Shown here one piece after another: positions 17,682-27,536 of a stretch of DNA of 64,000 nt (the first letter of the stretch is position 1; every line of letters begins with the position of its first letter). Location: NCBI GenBank assembly GCA_964558655.1, contig CAZLEX010000002.1:1600-65599 (forward strand), in the 5' to 3' direction. The position numbers and the translations under genes are program-made. This DNA comes from an uncultured Oscillospiraceae bacterium (lineage in GTDB: Bacteria > Bacillota > Clostridia > Oscillospirales > SIG627). The notes beneath the pieces were generated by a model that worked only from the letters and a program-made list of their open reading frames with translations, had not been told where the DNA came from and did not search any database.

Positions 17682-18908
17682 TTAGTAGTTGAAGTTTCCG
17701 TCACATATTGGCATATTTGAAATATAGGAGCTTTCCACCGCAGGAACATAATACGCTCCGTAGGTTTTTAATCCGTTCTCCTGTTCTTCTTCGGGCAGTT
17801 CAACATAGAAACGGTAGTATGGCATATAGCATTCTTCGTGTTCGTCTGTCCGGTAGATAAGTTCGGCCTTTTTTATAAACTCTGCACCGGGAAGTCCGTA
17901 AGGGACAGTCGAAATATAATTGCCGTTTAACAACAACTCTTTTGCCTGCTCCGAACTGATAATCGGATAATCTCCGAGTTTGCTCGATAAATCGGGCCGG
18001 TATATTCTTGCCATGTACAGTTCGCCGCTGTCATTGCAGTAAAATGCTATTCGATTAAAATTATAGTTTATGATTTGCTCGACATCGCTACCGCCGGCAT
18101 CAAAAAACTCGATGGAATAGCTCTGTTGGTTATAGATGTTGTAATTTCCACCGTAAATATTTACTTGCAGATCATCAATGCCGATAAGTTCGCAATATTT
18201 GCTCTTTAAATAATCGGCTACGGCAACTATATCATCATAGGATGCAAGGTTTGTAAAGTTATATTCTTCGGGAAGAGATATTGCGGGATTGAAAGATACT
18301 GTTGCCGTCATAGTTTGGTCTACTTCAATTTTTATTCCATCGGATTTTATTATTACTTTTGTCGGGTTAAAATATCCATCGGGAACAGTTTCTCCTATCT
18401 TTTGAAACTTTTCAATTATCTTCTGCTTTGATTCTTCGCTCGGTGCATTGTCAGTGACAGTCAAGTTATTTGTATCAAGCCCCAATCTTTCGGCAATATC
18501 CAATATAAATTCCCGCATCTTATCAAAATCAGCTCCCGATGCAATAAAGTTTGCGTCATAGGTTAAAGAATTTCTGTAAACGGGCAGTGAGGATATCTCA
18601 GAATCTTCGGTATAAGGATTTGCATTTACAAGTTCCGAAATGTCATAAGCCGTATATCCTTCATACCCCATTTGTGCTGAGGTGCTTTCAAAAACCTGTA
18701 GCATAGGCAGATCGGTATCATCGGTATTTAACACCTGTTCATCTTTCATTAAAAGTATTGTGCACGCAAGAATCATTACTGCAAAACAGGCGGCAACGGC
18801 TCCCCACTTAATCCAAAAAGGTTTCTTTTTCTTCATCTTGGTGTCTGCCGCTTCAACATAGGCAGAATCGATAAGCTCCATCTTATCTAAAAAATCATTT
18901 CCTCTCAT
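17682..18908 (-). CDS. sigma-coupled single-pass membrane protein (putative anti-sigma factor or partner), extracytoplasmic domain unassigned
   Basis: The start overlaps the sigma gene stop by 4 nt. It has a short cytoplasmic N-terminus (LIDSAYVEAA), a KKKKP stop-transfer sequence plus a TM segment, and a C-terminal domain of about 340 aa. There is no ZAS HxxxCxxC motif. Confidence 0.55.
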   Translation of the reverse strand: MRGNDFLDKMELIDSAYVEAADTKMKKKKPFWIKWGAVAACFAVMILACTILLMKDEQVLNTDDTDLPMLQVFESTSAQMGYEGYTAYDISELVNANPYTEDSEISSLPVYRNSLTYDANFIASGADFDKMREFILDIAERLGLDTNNLTVTDNAPSEESKQKIIEKFQKIGETVPDGYFNPTKVIIKSDGIKIEVDQTMTATVSFNPAISLPEEYNFTNLASYDDIVAVADYLKSKYCELIGIDDLQVNIYGGNYNIYNQQSYSIEFFDAGGSDVEQIINYNFNRIAFYCNDSGELYMARIYRPDLSSKLGDYPIISSEQAKELLLNGNYISTVPYGLPGAEFIKKAELIYRTDEHEECYMPYYRFYVELPEEEQENGLKTYGAYYVPAVESSYISNMPICDGNFNY

Positions 18909-19489
18909 ACGGTATAACCCTCCTTTTCAAGATGCTCCCGAAGCTGATTGCGGCAACGAAAGAGCGTGGTTTTAATTTTGCTTTGTGACAGAGCGAAGCG
19001 TTCGGAGATGTCGGCTATGGAATCCAGATACCAATACCGACGAACAAAAATATTTCGTTTTTCTTCGTCGAGTGTACCCAGAAATTTATTGAGTGTCTCA
19101 GTCAGTGTCATGTCGTCAATACGGCACTCAACATCATCGGGAGCAGGAATACACTGCTCCATTTCTGTTGTGAGTTCACATATAAATGTACTGCGTTTAA
19201 GTCTGCTGCGGTCACGGCAGCAATTCAAAGAAATGTGACGGGTGATCCGAGCAAGAAACGCATATAAATAGCTTTTGGGCTCATTGGGCGGAATGGCGTT
19301 CCACGCCTCCATGTAAGTATCGTTTTCACATTCTTCGGCTGTTTGCCGGTCATTGACGATTCCATAAGAGAGAGAACACAAACGGCTACCGTATTTTTCC
19401 TTGGTGTGTTTTATTGCCGTTTCGTCACGCATCAAATACAGTTTAACGATTCTCTCATCGTCCAAGTATTTCATCTCCCTTCTTTTCAT
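18905..19489 (-). CDS. RNA polymerase sigma-70 family, ECF-like sigma factor
   Basis: It has region 2 (DTYMEAWNAI) and region 4 HTH (SIADISERFALSQSKIKTTLFRCRNQL). The start could be 19489 or 19474. Confidence 0.85.
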   Translation of the reverse strand: MKRREMKYLDDERIVKLYLMRDETAIKHTKEKYGSRLCSLSYGIVNDRQTAEECENDTYMEAWNAIPPNEPKSYLYAFLARITRHISLNCCRDRSRLKRSTFICELTTEMEQCIPAPDDVECRIDDMTLTETLNKFLGTLDEEKRNIFVRRYWYLDSIADISERFALSQSKIKTTLFRCRNQLREHLEKEGYTV

Positions 19490-19660
19490 GTTTAAAGGCC
19501 TTCACTCTAATAAGCACCGTTTAGGGTTGCGGGGTTACACTAATCAAGAAAATTATAGCAAAAAAATTTGAAAAAATCAGCATTAATCGCCAATTCCGTG
19601 TTTCTGTACGGGGTAAGTCGAGCGAAAGCCCAATCTTAAAGTGCTGCCTTGTTTATCATC

Positions 19661-19718
19661 TGATATGCTATTTCAACAATTATCTGTCGCTTAACTTTGC
19701 GGAATCTTTATGCAATTT
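19661..19718 (+). repeat. about 55-60-nt intergenic repeat, copy B
   Basis: GATATGCTATTTCAACAATTATCTGTCGCTTAACTTTGCGGAATCTTTATGCAATTT matches 12278-12337. Confidence 0.75.
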
Positions 19719-19740
19719 ATTAAAGATTTTTATGCACCTA

Positions 19741-19775
19741 TTGACTTTTACGCTTTAGTGTGTTAAAATACTAAA
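19741..19775 (+). promoter_or_regulatory. his-operon promoter with an overlapping inverted repeat TTTAGT-N10-ACTAAA
   Basis: TTGACT(19741)-17 nt-TAAAAT(19764). The palindrome arms at 19754-19759 and 19770-19775 straddle the -10. Confidence 0.55.
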
Positions 19776-19802
19776 CAAATAAAGCGGATTTGGAGGAACA
19801 AT

Positions 19803-20096
19803 ATGGAAAAGAAGCCTATTACTGTCAGCGATAAGCTTTTTGATGCGGTGTTAAAACTCGAAAATGCGGAAGAATGTAAGGCGTTTTTCGAAGATTTATG
19901 CACAATCAGAGAACTTCAGGATTTAACTCAGCGTTTTGAGGTTGCATGTATGCTTTGGGAAGGGAAGAATTATCAGGAAGTTTCAAGCCTTACCGGAGCT
20001 TCTACGGCTACTATATGCCGTGTGAATAAATGTATTAATTACGGAAGCGACGGATACCGTCGGCTTTTGGAAAGAGAAAACGGTTCAAAAAAATGA
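19803..20096 (+). CDS. TrpR-like YerC/YecD-family DNA-binding protein (candidate his-operon regulator)
   Basis: 97 aa. LCTIRELQDLTQRFEVACML..GKNYQEVSSLTGASTATICRVNKCINYG is the YerC/YecD signature. Its stop overlaps the hisZ ATG (ATGA). Confidence 0.8.
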   Translation: MEKKPITVSDKLFDAVLKLENAEECKAFFEDLCTIRELQDLTQRFEVACMLWEGKNYQEVSSLTGASTATICRVNKCINYGSDGYRRLLERENGSKK

Positions 20097-21172
20097 ATTT
20101 TTCCGAAGATATATTAAAAAATGACGAAAAAGTCGCCTTCCGTCTGCGTTCGCTGTACAAAAAAAGAGGCTATGAGCCTTATAAGATGAGTAAATTTGAA
20201 GAATATGATCTTTATGTGAGGAACAAAAGTTTTCTTGTTTCGGATAATATAATTACTTTCACCGATACCGACGGAAAACTTATGGCTCTCAAACCCGATG
20301 TTACGCTTTCCATTATAAAGAGCACGCGGGACGGAGAGCAGAGGAAACTTTACTATAACGAGAATGTCTACCGTGTGTCCGGCGGTACACATTCGTATAA
20401 AGAAATAATGCAGACAGGGCTTGAATGTATAGGAAAAATAGACCTTTATTCCGTTTCCGAAGTACTTTCTCTCGCAGTTCAAAGTCTTGCCGAAATTTCC
20501 GAAGATTTTGTTCTCGATATTTCTCATCTTGGAATCATTTCACAGCTTTTGGATCTTTCCGGTGCCTGCGGCAAAACAAGAACGGAAATTATCGAATGTA
20601 TCGGGAAGAAAAATGTGTCCGGTTTGGAGGCTGTATGTGCCGACGCCGGAATAAGTGCGGAAAATACGGAAAAATTTAAAGTTTTGATTAAGTATTACGG
20701 CAGACCGGAAGAAGTTTTGTCAAAAATGAAAAGCAGTTTTTTCGATAGCGAAATTCTTTCACAGCTTGATATTCTCGAAAAGGTTATCTCTCTTGTCGGT
20801 ACCGAAGGCGTGAGACTTGATTTTTCAACGGTCGGCGATATGAATTATTATAACGGAATTATTTTTAAGGGGTATGTTAATTCAATTCCGTCGGCAGTGC
20901 TTTCGGGCGGGCAGTATGACGCTTTGATGAGGCGGTTTTCGCTAAGCTCCGGTGCGATAGGATTTGCGGTGTATACGGATATGATTGAAGAATTTTCAGC
21001 CGTTCCAGAATATGATGTAGACACTTTGGTGCTTTACACGGAAAAATCCGATCCCGCAGATGTTTTGAAAACGGTCGAACTCCACATTGAAAAAGGCGAA
21101 AGCGTGAGAGCGTTGCAGAATATTCCCGAAAAGCTTAAATATAAAAATCTTGTCAAAATCGGGGAGGAATGA
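20093..21172 (+). CDS. hisZ: ATP phosphoribosyltransferase regulatory subunit
   Basis: 359-aa HisRS paralogue directly upstream of a short-form hisG. Confidence 0.88.
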   Translation: MNFSEDILKNDEKVAFRLRSLYKKRGYEPYKMSKFEEYDLYVRNKSFLVSDNIITFTDTDGKLMALKPDVTLSIIKSTRDGEQRKLYYNENVYRVSGGTHSYKEIMQTGLECIGKIDLYSVSEVLSLAVQSLAEISEDFVLDISHLGIISQLLDLSGACGKTRTEIIECIGKKNVSGLEAVCADAGISAENTEKFKVLIKYYGRPEEVLSKMKSSFFDSEILSQLDILEKVISLVGTEGVRLDFSTVGDMNYYNGIIFKGYVNSIPSAVLSGGQYDALMRRFSLSSGAIGFAVYTDMIEEFSAVPEYDVDTLVLYTEKSDPADVLKTVELHIEKGESVRALQNIPEKLKYKNLVKIGEE

Positions 21173-21174
21173 TT

Positions 21175-21834
21175 ATGTGTGACGGTATGTTAAATATAGC
21201 ACTCCCAAAGGGACGGCTCGGAGAAAAGGTTTATTCGCTGTTTGAAAGATCGGGATTTGAATGTCCTTCTATACGGGAAAATAACCGACGGCTTATATTT
21301 GAAAATCCCGATAAAAACATTCGGTATTTTTGGGTTAAGCCTTCGGATGTGGCAATTTATGTGGAGCGTGGTGCTGCGGATATAGGTGTTGCCGGGAAAG
21401 ATATTTTGCTCGAGTATTCTCCCGATGTTTATGAGTTGGCGGATCTCGGTATGGGAAAGTGCAGAATGGCTGTTGCCGCACCGGAAGATTTTCGTGACAA
21501 TGTTCAGCGTACATTGCGTGTTGCAACCAAGTTTGTAAATATCACAAAAAAATATTATTCCGGAATAGGCAGGGATATTGATATTATAAAGCTCAACGGT
21601 TCGATAGAAATAGCTCCGATTCTTAAGCTGTCCGATGTGATTCTGGATATAGTCGAGACAGGGACTACTTTGCGTGAAAACAATCTTTGCGTATTTGAAG
21701 AAGTTGTTGAGATAAGTGCGAGGCTTATATCAAACAAGTCGGCTTTTAAGTTTAAAAACGCCATGATAGAAAAAGTTGTGCAGAACATAATGAGGGAAAT
21801 TTCATCGGAGGATAAAGATGATAAAAATACTTAA
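21175..21834 (+). CDS. hisG: ATP phosphoribosyltransferase, short form
   Basis: Contains LNIALPKGRL... I chose ATG 21175 (6 nt after GGAGGA). 21169 and 21187 are also possible starts. Confidence 0.9.
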   Translation: MCDGMLNIALPKGRLGEKVYSLFERSGFECPSIRENNRRLIFENPDKNIRYFWVKPSDVAIYVERGAADIGVAGKDILLEYSPDVYELADLGMGKCRMAVAAPEDFRDNVQRTLRVATKFVNITKKYYSGIGRDIDIIKLNGSIEIAPILKLSDVILDIVETGTTLRENNLCVFEEVVEISARLISNKSAFKFKNAMIEKVVQNIMREISSEDKDDKNT

Positions 21835-23095
21835 GTATAAAGACTGCGAAAACAGTGAAATATTCGGCAGAATCAGTCCCGCATCTCAGGTTGAGGGGGC
21901 TGTTTCCGAGATAATAGCCGAAGTTGCCTCCAAAGGTGACAGTGCACTTTACGCTTTTGAAGAAAAATTCGACAAAGTAAAACTTGATAAATTGACTGTT
22001 ACGGAAGAAGAAATCGAAGAGGCAGTCGGCAGTGTATCAAAAGAATTTTTGAAAGTGATTGGAAAATCAGCCGAAAATATAGAAAATTTCCATAAAAGAC
22101 AGATAAGAGAAGGCTTTGTGATAAACGAAAAGAGGGGAGTTGTAATAGGTCAGAAAGTTATTCCTCTCGACCGCGTGGGGCTGTATGTGCCGGGCGGTAC
22201 GGCGGCATATCCGTCTACCGTGCTTATGGACGCAATTCCGGCAAAACTTGCGGGTTGCCGTGAAATTGTCATCACTACTCCGCCCCGTCCCGACGGAACG
22301 GTAAATCCGGCAATTTTGGCTGCTGCGAAAACTGTCGGAATTAATAAAATTTTCAAGATAGGCGGAGCACAGGCTGTTGCGGCACTTGCTTTCGGCACCG
22401 AAACCGTACCGAAAGTCGACAAAATAGTCGGACCGGGAAACGCTTATGTTGCCGAAGCAAAAAAGCAGGTTTTCGGCAGAGTGTCTATTGATATGATTGC
22501 GGGGCCCAGCGAAATTTTGATAATTTCCGACGGACTTTCAAATCCGTCTTACATCGCGGCAGATCTTTTATCTCAAGCCGAACATGACCGCATGGCAAGT
22601 GCCGTACTTGTTACCGATTCCGAAGACCTTGCCGAGCGTGTTTCGCGGGAGCTGGAAAAACAGATACCTAAGCTTTGCCGTGCCGAAATAGCAAGAGAAT
22701 CGATAGACAAGAACGGCATGATAGTTATTGTGCCGAATATTGAAACGGCAATAGATGTTTCAAACGAACTTGCACCGGAGCATCTCGAACTCTGCCTTGA
22801 AGATCCGTTTGAATTTCTCGGGCAAGTCCGTCATGCAGGTTCCGTATTTATGGGAAGATTTTGTCCCGAAGCACTCGGAGATTATTTTGCCGGTCCCAAC
22901 CATACTCTTCCGACAAGCGGAAGTGCCAAATTTTCCAGCCCGTTATCCGTAGACGATTTTGTTAAAAAAATGCAATTTACCTATTACACGGAAGAAGCAC
23001 TCGAAGCTGTTGCCGATGATGTCGCTCTTTTTGCGAGAGAAGAAGGACTGACGGCACACGCCGCATCGGTTATTGTACGCAAGGAGGGAAAATGA
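21818..23095 (+). CDS. hisD: histidinol dehydrogenase
   Basis: 425 aa with GGAQAVAALAFGTETVPKVDKIVGPGNAYV and AGPSEILII motifs. Confidence 0.93.
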   Translation: MIKILKYKDCENSEIFGRISPASQVEGAVSEIIAEVASKGDSALYAFEEKFDKVKLDKLTVTEEEIEEAVGSVSKEFLKVIGKSAENIENFHKRQIREGFVINEKRGVVIGQKVIPLDRVGLYVPGGTAAYPSTVLMDAIPAKLAGCREIVITTPPRPDGTVNPAILAAAKTVGINKIFKIGGAQAVAALAFGTETVPKVDKIVGPGNAYVAEAKKQVFGRVSIDMIAGPSEILIISDGLSNPSYIAADLLSQAEHDRMASAVLVTDSEDLAERVSRELEKQIPKLCRAEIARESIDKNGMIVIVPNIETAIDVSNELAPEHLELCLEDPFEFLGQVRHAGSVFMGRFCPEALGDYFAGPNHTLPTSGSAKFSSPLSVDDFVKKMQFTYYTEEALEAVADDVALFAREEGLTAHAASVIVRKEGK

Positions 23096-24171
23096 GCGAA
23101 TTTTTTTCATCAAAATATTCATTGCTCAAACCCTATACTCCGGGTGAACAGCCCAAGTACAGAGAATTTGTAAAACTTAACACAAACGAATCTCCTTTTT
23201 TGCCGCCTGAACAAGTGAAAAAAGCCGCCGCTTTTGCGATTGAAAATGTCAATCTTTATTCGGACCCGGAATGTACGCTTTTCAGAGAATGTGTTGCCCG
23301 CCGATTTAATGTTGAGTCGGATATGGTTATTGCGACAAACGGTTCCGACGAAGCTTTAAATTTTGCGTTTATGGCGTTTTGCGACGAAAAATGTCCTGCT
23401 CTTTTTCCGGATATTACATACGGATTTTATCCCGTATTTGCCAATCTGTCTTCAATTCCCTACAAAACATTTGCCCTGAGGGAAGACTTTACGGTTGATA
23501 TTGAGCCGTACAAAAACACTTACGGTACGGTCTTTATAGCCAATCCGAATGCTCCGACGGGCGTAGCACTTTCTCTTGAAGAAATTGAAGAAATTACGGC
23601 TTCCGACAGGGGCAGAGTTGTAGTTGTTGATGAAGCGTATGTCGATTTCGGAGCGCAAAGTGCTTTGCCGCTTGTGCATAAATATCCGAATTTGCTTATA
23701 ATACAGACCTTTTCAAAATCGCGTTCGATGGCAGGCGCAAGGCTCGGATTTGCGATAGGTAACGCAGAGCTTATTAAAGATATGAATACGCTAAGGTACT
23801 CGACAAATCCTTACAATGTCAACTCTGTAACTCTTGCTATGGGAACCGAAATGCTCAAAAACGACGGCGTTACAGCTCAAAGATGCGAAATTGTGGCAGA
23901 AGTAAGAGAGTGGACAAAAAAAGAACTTTCCCGTCTCGGTTTTGTAATGACACCGTCCGTTGCGAATTTTATTTTTGCCCGTCATTCCTCTAAAATCGGC
24001 GGAGAGAATATTTATCGGTATTTGAGAGACAAAGGCGTGCTTGTCCGTCATTTTAATACGCCTAAAATTTCCGATTATGTAAGAATTACGGTCGGAAGCC
24101 GGGAACAAATGGAAACGCTTGTAAAAAAACTTGAAGAAATCTTGGAGGAAAATCATGCCGTCGGAATATAA
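23092..24171 (+). CDS. hisC: histidinol-phosphate aminotransferase
   Basis: Class II aminotransferase with the PLP Lys context FSKSRSMAGARLG. Operon position supports the call. Confidence 0.9.
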   Translation: MSEFFSSKYSLLKPYTPGEQPKYREFVKLNTNESPFLPPEQVKKAAAFAIENVNLYSDPECTLFRECVARRFNVESDMVIATNGSDEALNFAFMAFCDEKCPALFPDITYGFYPVFANLSSIPYKTFALREDFTVDIEPYKNTYGTVFIANPNAPTGVALSLEEIEEITASDRGRVVVVDEAYVDFGAQSALPLVHKYPNLLIIQTFSKSRSMAGARLGFAIGNAELIKDMNTLRYSTNPYNVNSVTLAMGTEMLKNDGVTAQRCEIVAEVREWTKKELSRLGFVMTPSVANFIFARHSSKIGGENIYRYLRDKGVLVRHFNTPKISDYVRITVGSREQMETLVKKLEEILEENHAVGI

Positions 24172-24739
24172 GATGGAAAGAAACACACTTGAGACAAAAG
24201 TGTCAGTGGTTATCGGAAATGAAAAAAAATGTGAAATATCTACGGGTGTCGGATTTTTGGACCATATGCTCACGCTTTTTTCACGGCACTTAAATATACC
24301 GATTTCCGTTATATGTCACGGAGACACGGAAATTGACGCACATCATACTACTGAAGATATCGGAATAGCTTTGGGGCAGTCATTGCTCGCCTGTCTCGGA
24401 GATAAAAAAGGCATCACCCGTTACGGTTCCGTTATACTGCCAATGGACGAAGCTCTTATTCTTTGTTCCGTCGATATTTCCGGAAGAGGTGCTCTTTTTT
24501 ACGATGTTGACGGATTGAAAGAAAAAGTGGGAGATTTCGATACGGAACTTTGCGAAGAGTTTTTTACGGGATTTGCCAGAGAATCGGGTATTACACTTCA
24601 TATAAAAAAACTTTCGGGCAGTAATTCTCATCACATAATAGAGGGTATTTTTAAGGCGGTTGCAAGATCTTTGCGTCAGGCCATAAAAAAAGATCCGGAC
24701 GAAAACGGAAGAATCCCCTCTACAAAAGGAGTTCTTTAA
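24155..24739 (+). CDS. hisB: imidazoleglycerol-phosphate dehydratase
   Basis: RNTLETKVSV..., DAHHTTEDIGIALG and HHIIEGIFKAVARSL motifs. The start is ATG 24155, 6 nt after GGAGG. Confidence 0.92.
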   Translation: MPSEYKMERNTLETKVSVVIGNEKKCEISTGVGFLDHMLTLFSRHLNIPISVICHGDTEIDAHHTTEDIGIALGQSLLACLGDKKGITRYGSVILPMDEALILCSVDISGRGALFYDVDGLKEKVGDFDTELCEEFFTGFARESGITLHIKKLSGSNSHHIIEGIFKAVARSLRQAIKKDPDENGRIPSTKGVL

Positions 24740-25359
24740 TGACGGTTATAGTGAATTACGGAGTGGGTAATCTTTTTTCACTTAAAAGTTCAATCGATGC
24801 AATAGGTGTTCCCGTTTGTGTAACATCGGACAAAAATGTCGTGCGTTCGGCTGACAGAATAATATTGCCCGGAGTAGGAGCTTTTCAAGATGCCATAACA
24901 AAACTTCGCACCGAAGGCCTTGACAAAATCATCGTCGAAAAAGCTGAGAGCGGGTGTCATATACTCGGAATATGTCTTGGTATGCAAATGCTTTTTGAAA
25001 AAAGCTTTGAGTACGGAGAGTGGAGCGGTTTGGGACTTCTCAAAGGAAATGTTGTGTCTCTTAAAGGATTTGCGAGAGACGATTTGAAAATTCCGCATAT
25101 GGGGTGGAATAGGCTTGAATTTAAGAAAAGCACACCTCTGTTTAAATATATTTCCGAAGGTGATGCGGTTTATTTTGTACATTCCTATCATGTTACGGGG
25201 TGTGAAGAGTCGCTCGCCGCAACGGTGGAATACGGCAAAGATATTACGGCTGCGGTTTCTTTGGGGAATATACACGGCTGTCAGTTTCACCCCGAAAAAA
25301 GCGGACGGGTGGGACTTGAAATACTTAGAGCTTTTTGCTGTGGGGAGGAGTTTTTGTGA
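24739..25359 (+). CDS. hisH: imidazole glycerol phosphate synthase, glutaminase subunit
   Basis: The GICLGMQ catalytic Cys and the HPEKS motif are present. Confidence 0.92.
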   Translation: MTVIVNYGVGNLFSLKSSIDAIGVPVCVTSDKNVVRSADRIILPGVGAFQDAITKLRTEGLDKIIVEKAESGCHILGICLGMQMLFEKSFEYGEWSGLGLLKGNVVSLKGFARDDLKIPHMGWNRLEFKKSTPLFKYISEGDAVYFVHSYHVTGCEESLAATVEYGKDITAAVSLGNIHGCQFHPEKSGRVGLEILRAFCCGEEFL

Positions 25360-26069
25360 ATCTTTTTTGTGCCATAGATTTATACGATGGGAAAGCTGTT
25401 CGCCTTTATAACGGAAAGTATGACGAAATGACGGTATACAGCGATAATCCGCTTGAAATTGCCCGCAATTTTGAGCAAAGCGGGGCAAAGTATTTGCATT
25501 TGGTAGATCTTGAGGGTGCCAGAGACGGTACCGTTCCGAATTTAAATACGGTAAAAACAATTGTTGAAAATACAAATTTATTTGTTGAAACAGGTGGTGG
25601 AATTCGTTCTTTTGATACTCTAGACCGTTATTTTGATTTCGGAGTCGATAGGGCAATTCTCGGAACGGCGGCACTCAACGATGAAAAATTTCTTTGCGAA
25701 GCACTTGAAAAATACGGAGATAAGATTGCCGTCGGAGTGGATATAAAGGACGGAAATGTTGCGGTAAAAGGTTGGATTGAGCGGTCTCAGACAGACGCTT
25801 TCGACTTTTGCACTCATCTACAGACACTCGGCGTCATGTATGTTGTATGTACCGATATTTCCCGTGACGGAGCTATGAGAGGCGTTTCACGGGAACTGTA
25901 CAAAAAACTTTCGGAAAGATTTGATATGAATATTACGGCTTCGGGTGGAGTGTCCTGCATTGATGATATTCGTGCTTTGGCAAATCTCGGACTTTACGGT
26001 GCGATTTTGGGAAAGGCCTACTATACGGGAGCCGTTTCGGTCAAAGATGCTTTGGAGGCAGCGAAATGA
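25356..26069 (+). CDS. hisA: ProFAR isomerase
   Basis: Contains AIDLYDGKAVRL... The likely start is GTG 25356 (after GGGGAGGAG), which overlaps the hisH stop. Confidence 0.9.
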   Translation: MNLFCAIDLYDGKAVRLYNGKYDEMTVYSDNPLEIARNFEQSGAKYLHLVDLEGARDGTVPNLNTVKTIVENTNLFVETGGGIRSFDTLDRYFDFGVDRAILGTAALNDEKFLCEALEKYGDKIAVGVDIKDGNVAVKGWIERSQTDAFDFCTHLQTLGVMYVVCTDISRDGAMRGVSRELYKKLSERFDMNITASGGVSCIDDIRALANLGLYGAILGKAYYTGAVSVKDALEAAK

Positions 26070-26821
26070 TAACAAAGAGAATAATTCCATGCCTCGATGT
26101 CCGCTCCGGAAGGGTGGTAAAGGGTACAAATTTTAAAAATCTTAACGATGTTTCCGATCCGGTGGAACTTGCACGCTTTTACAGCGACAACGGAGCTGAT
26201 GAACTTGTGTTTTACGATATTACCGCTTCAGCCGAAGAAAGAAAACTTTTCACAGATGTTTTGTGCCGTGTTGCCAAAACTATTTTCATCCCTCTGACCG
26301 TCGGAGGCGGGATAAATTCGCTTGACGATTTTGAAAGAGTTTTAAAGTGCGGTGCGGATAAAGTGAGCGTTAATTCCGGCGCGATAAAAAGACCGCTGCT
26401 TATCGAAGAAGCTGCTAAACGCTATGGGAATCAATGCGTTGTTTTATCGGTTGACATAAAGCGTGTCGGAGGCAAATTTACGGTATTTTCCAAAGGTGGC
26501 CGCGAGGATACAGGACTTGAGGCTGTTGAATGGATAAAAAAATGCGTGTCTCTCGGCGCGGGGGAAGTGGTTGTCAATTCCATTGACACGGACGGCATGC
26601 GTCACGGATTTGATATTGAACTTCTTCGTGCCGTGTGCGATGCGGTACAGGTGCCGGTAATTGCATCGGGCGGGGCCGGTAATGTCGATGATTTTATAAC
26701 ACTTTTTAAAACACTGCCGAAAGTGGACGCGGGGCTTGCCGCTTCGATTTTTCACTTCGGAGATGTTGAGATAAAAGATTTGAAAAAGCAGCTTGCAAAA
26801 AACGGAATACTTGTCAGATAA
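26066..26821 (+). CDS. hisF: imidazole glycerol phosphate synthase, cyclase subunit
   Basis: Contains [14 protein letters not shown] and ASGGAG motifs. Confidence 0.93.
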   Translation: MITKRIIPCLDVRSGRVVKGTNFKNLNDVSDPVELARFYSDNGADELVFYDITASAEERKLFTDVLCRVAKTIFIPLTVGGGINSLDDFERVLKCGADKVSVNSGAIKRPLLIEEAAKRYGNQCVVLSVDIKRVGGKFTVFSKGGREDTGLEAVEWIKKCVSLGAGEVVVNSIDTDGMRHGFDIELLRAVCDAVQVPVIASGGAGNVDDFITLFKTLPKVDAGLAASIFHFGDVEIKDLKKQLAKNGILVR

Positions 26822-26837
26822 AGGAGAAATTGAAATT

Positions 26838-27482
26838 ATGAATATCGATGACATTAAATTCGATGAAAACGGTCTTATTCCCGCAATTATTCAGGACGCA
26901 CAAACAAATGAAGTGCTAACGCTTGCATATATGAACAGAGAGAGTCTCGAAAAGTCAATCGAAAAGGGACTTAGCTGTTTTTGGAGCCGTTCCAGACAGG
27001 AGCTTTGGCTGAAAGGGGAGACAAGCGGAAATTATCAGCACATCAGGTCAATAACATCGGATTGCGACGATGACGCTCTTCTTGTCAAAGTATGCCCGGA
27101 CGGTCCCGCCTGTCACACGGGTTCCGTTTCCTGTTTTACACACGGTATTTTGGCAGACGGTGATGAAGAAGAGTTTTCGCTTTCTTCTTTGATGGAGCTT
27201 ATCTCCGGACGCAAAACGGATAAAAAAGAGGGCTCGTATACCACATATTTGTTCGAAAAAGGACTTGATAAAATATTAAAAAAAGTGGGAGAAGAATCAA
27301 CCGAAGTCATAATTGCCGGCAAAGCAGGCGATAAGCGGGAAACGGTTTACGAAATTGCCGACTTGACATATCATGTTATGGTCCTTATGATAGAGATGGG
27401 AATATCTCTTGATGATATAAAAGCAGAGCTTGCTTCACGCCATGTTATAGATAAAAAGGTTAAGCAGGAAAAAATGGTATAA
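26838..27482 (+). CDS. hisI: bifunctional phosphoribosyl-AMP cyclohydrolase / phosphoribosyl-ATP pyrophosphatase
   Basis: LIPAIIQD...[20 protein letters not shown] (HisI) is followed by a HisE-like helical C-terminus ([20 protein letters not shown]). The start is at the internal Met after AAGGAG. Confidence 0.9.
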   Translation: MNIDDIKFDENGLIPAIIQDAQTNEVLTLAYMNRESLEKSIEKGLSCFWSRSRQELWLKGETSGNYQHIRSITSDCDDDALLVKVCPDGPACHTGSVSCFTHGILADGDEEEFSLSSLMELISGRKTDKKEGSYTTYLFEKGLDKILKKVGEESTEVIIAGKAGDKRETVYEIADLTYHVMVLMIEMGISLDDIKAELASRHVIDKKVKQEKMV

Positions 27483-27536
27483 ACCGTGTGCTTACACGAA
27501 AAAAATTACATATACCGTGAAACAGGGGGAAAAATT

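Noticed and set aside
19490-19802. Possible T-box or attenuator leader for the his operon, or an ECF-type promoter for the sigma gene
   Set aside because: I found no T-box core (AANNNGGGTGGNACCGCG-like), no specifier-loop architecture and no His-codon leader peptide. On the minus strand, TGTAAC-N14-CGGT has the wrong spacing for a convincing ECF promoter.
24790-25674. 294-aa ORF on the minus strand
   Set aside because: It is antisense to hisH and hisA inside a tightly coupled operon, so I treat it as a shadow ORF.
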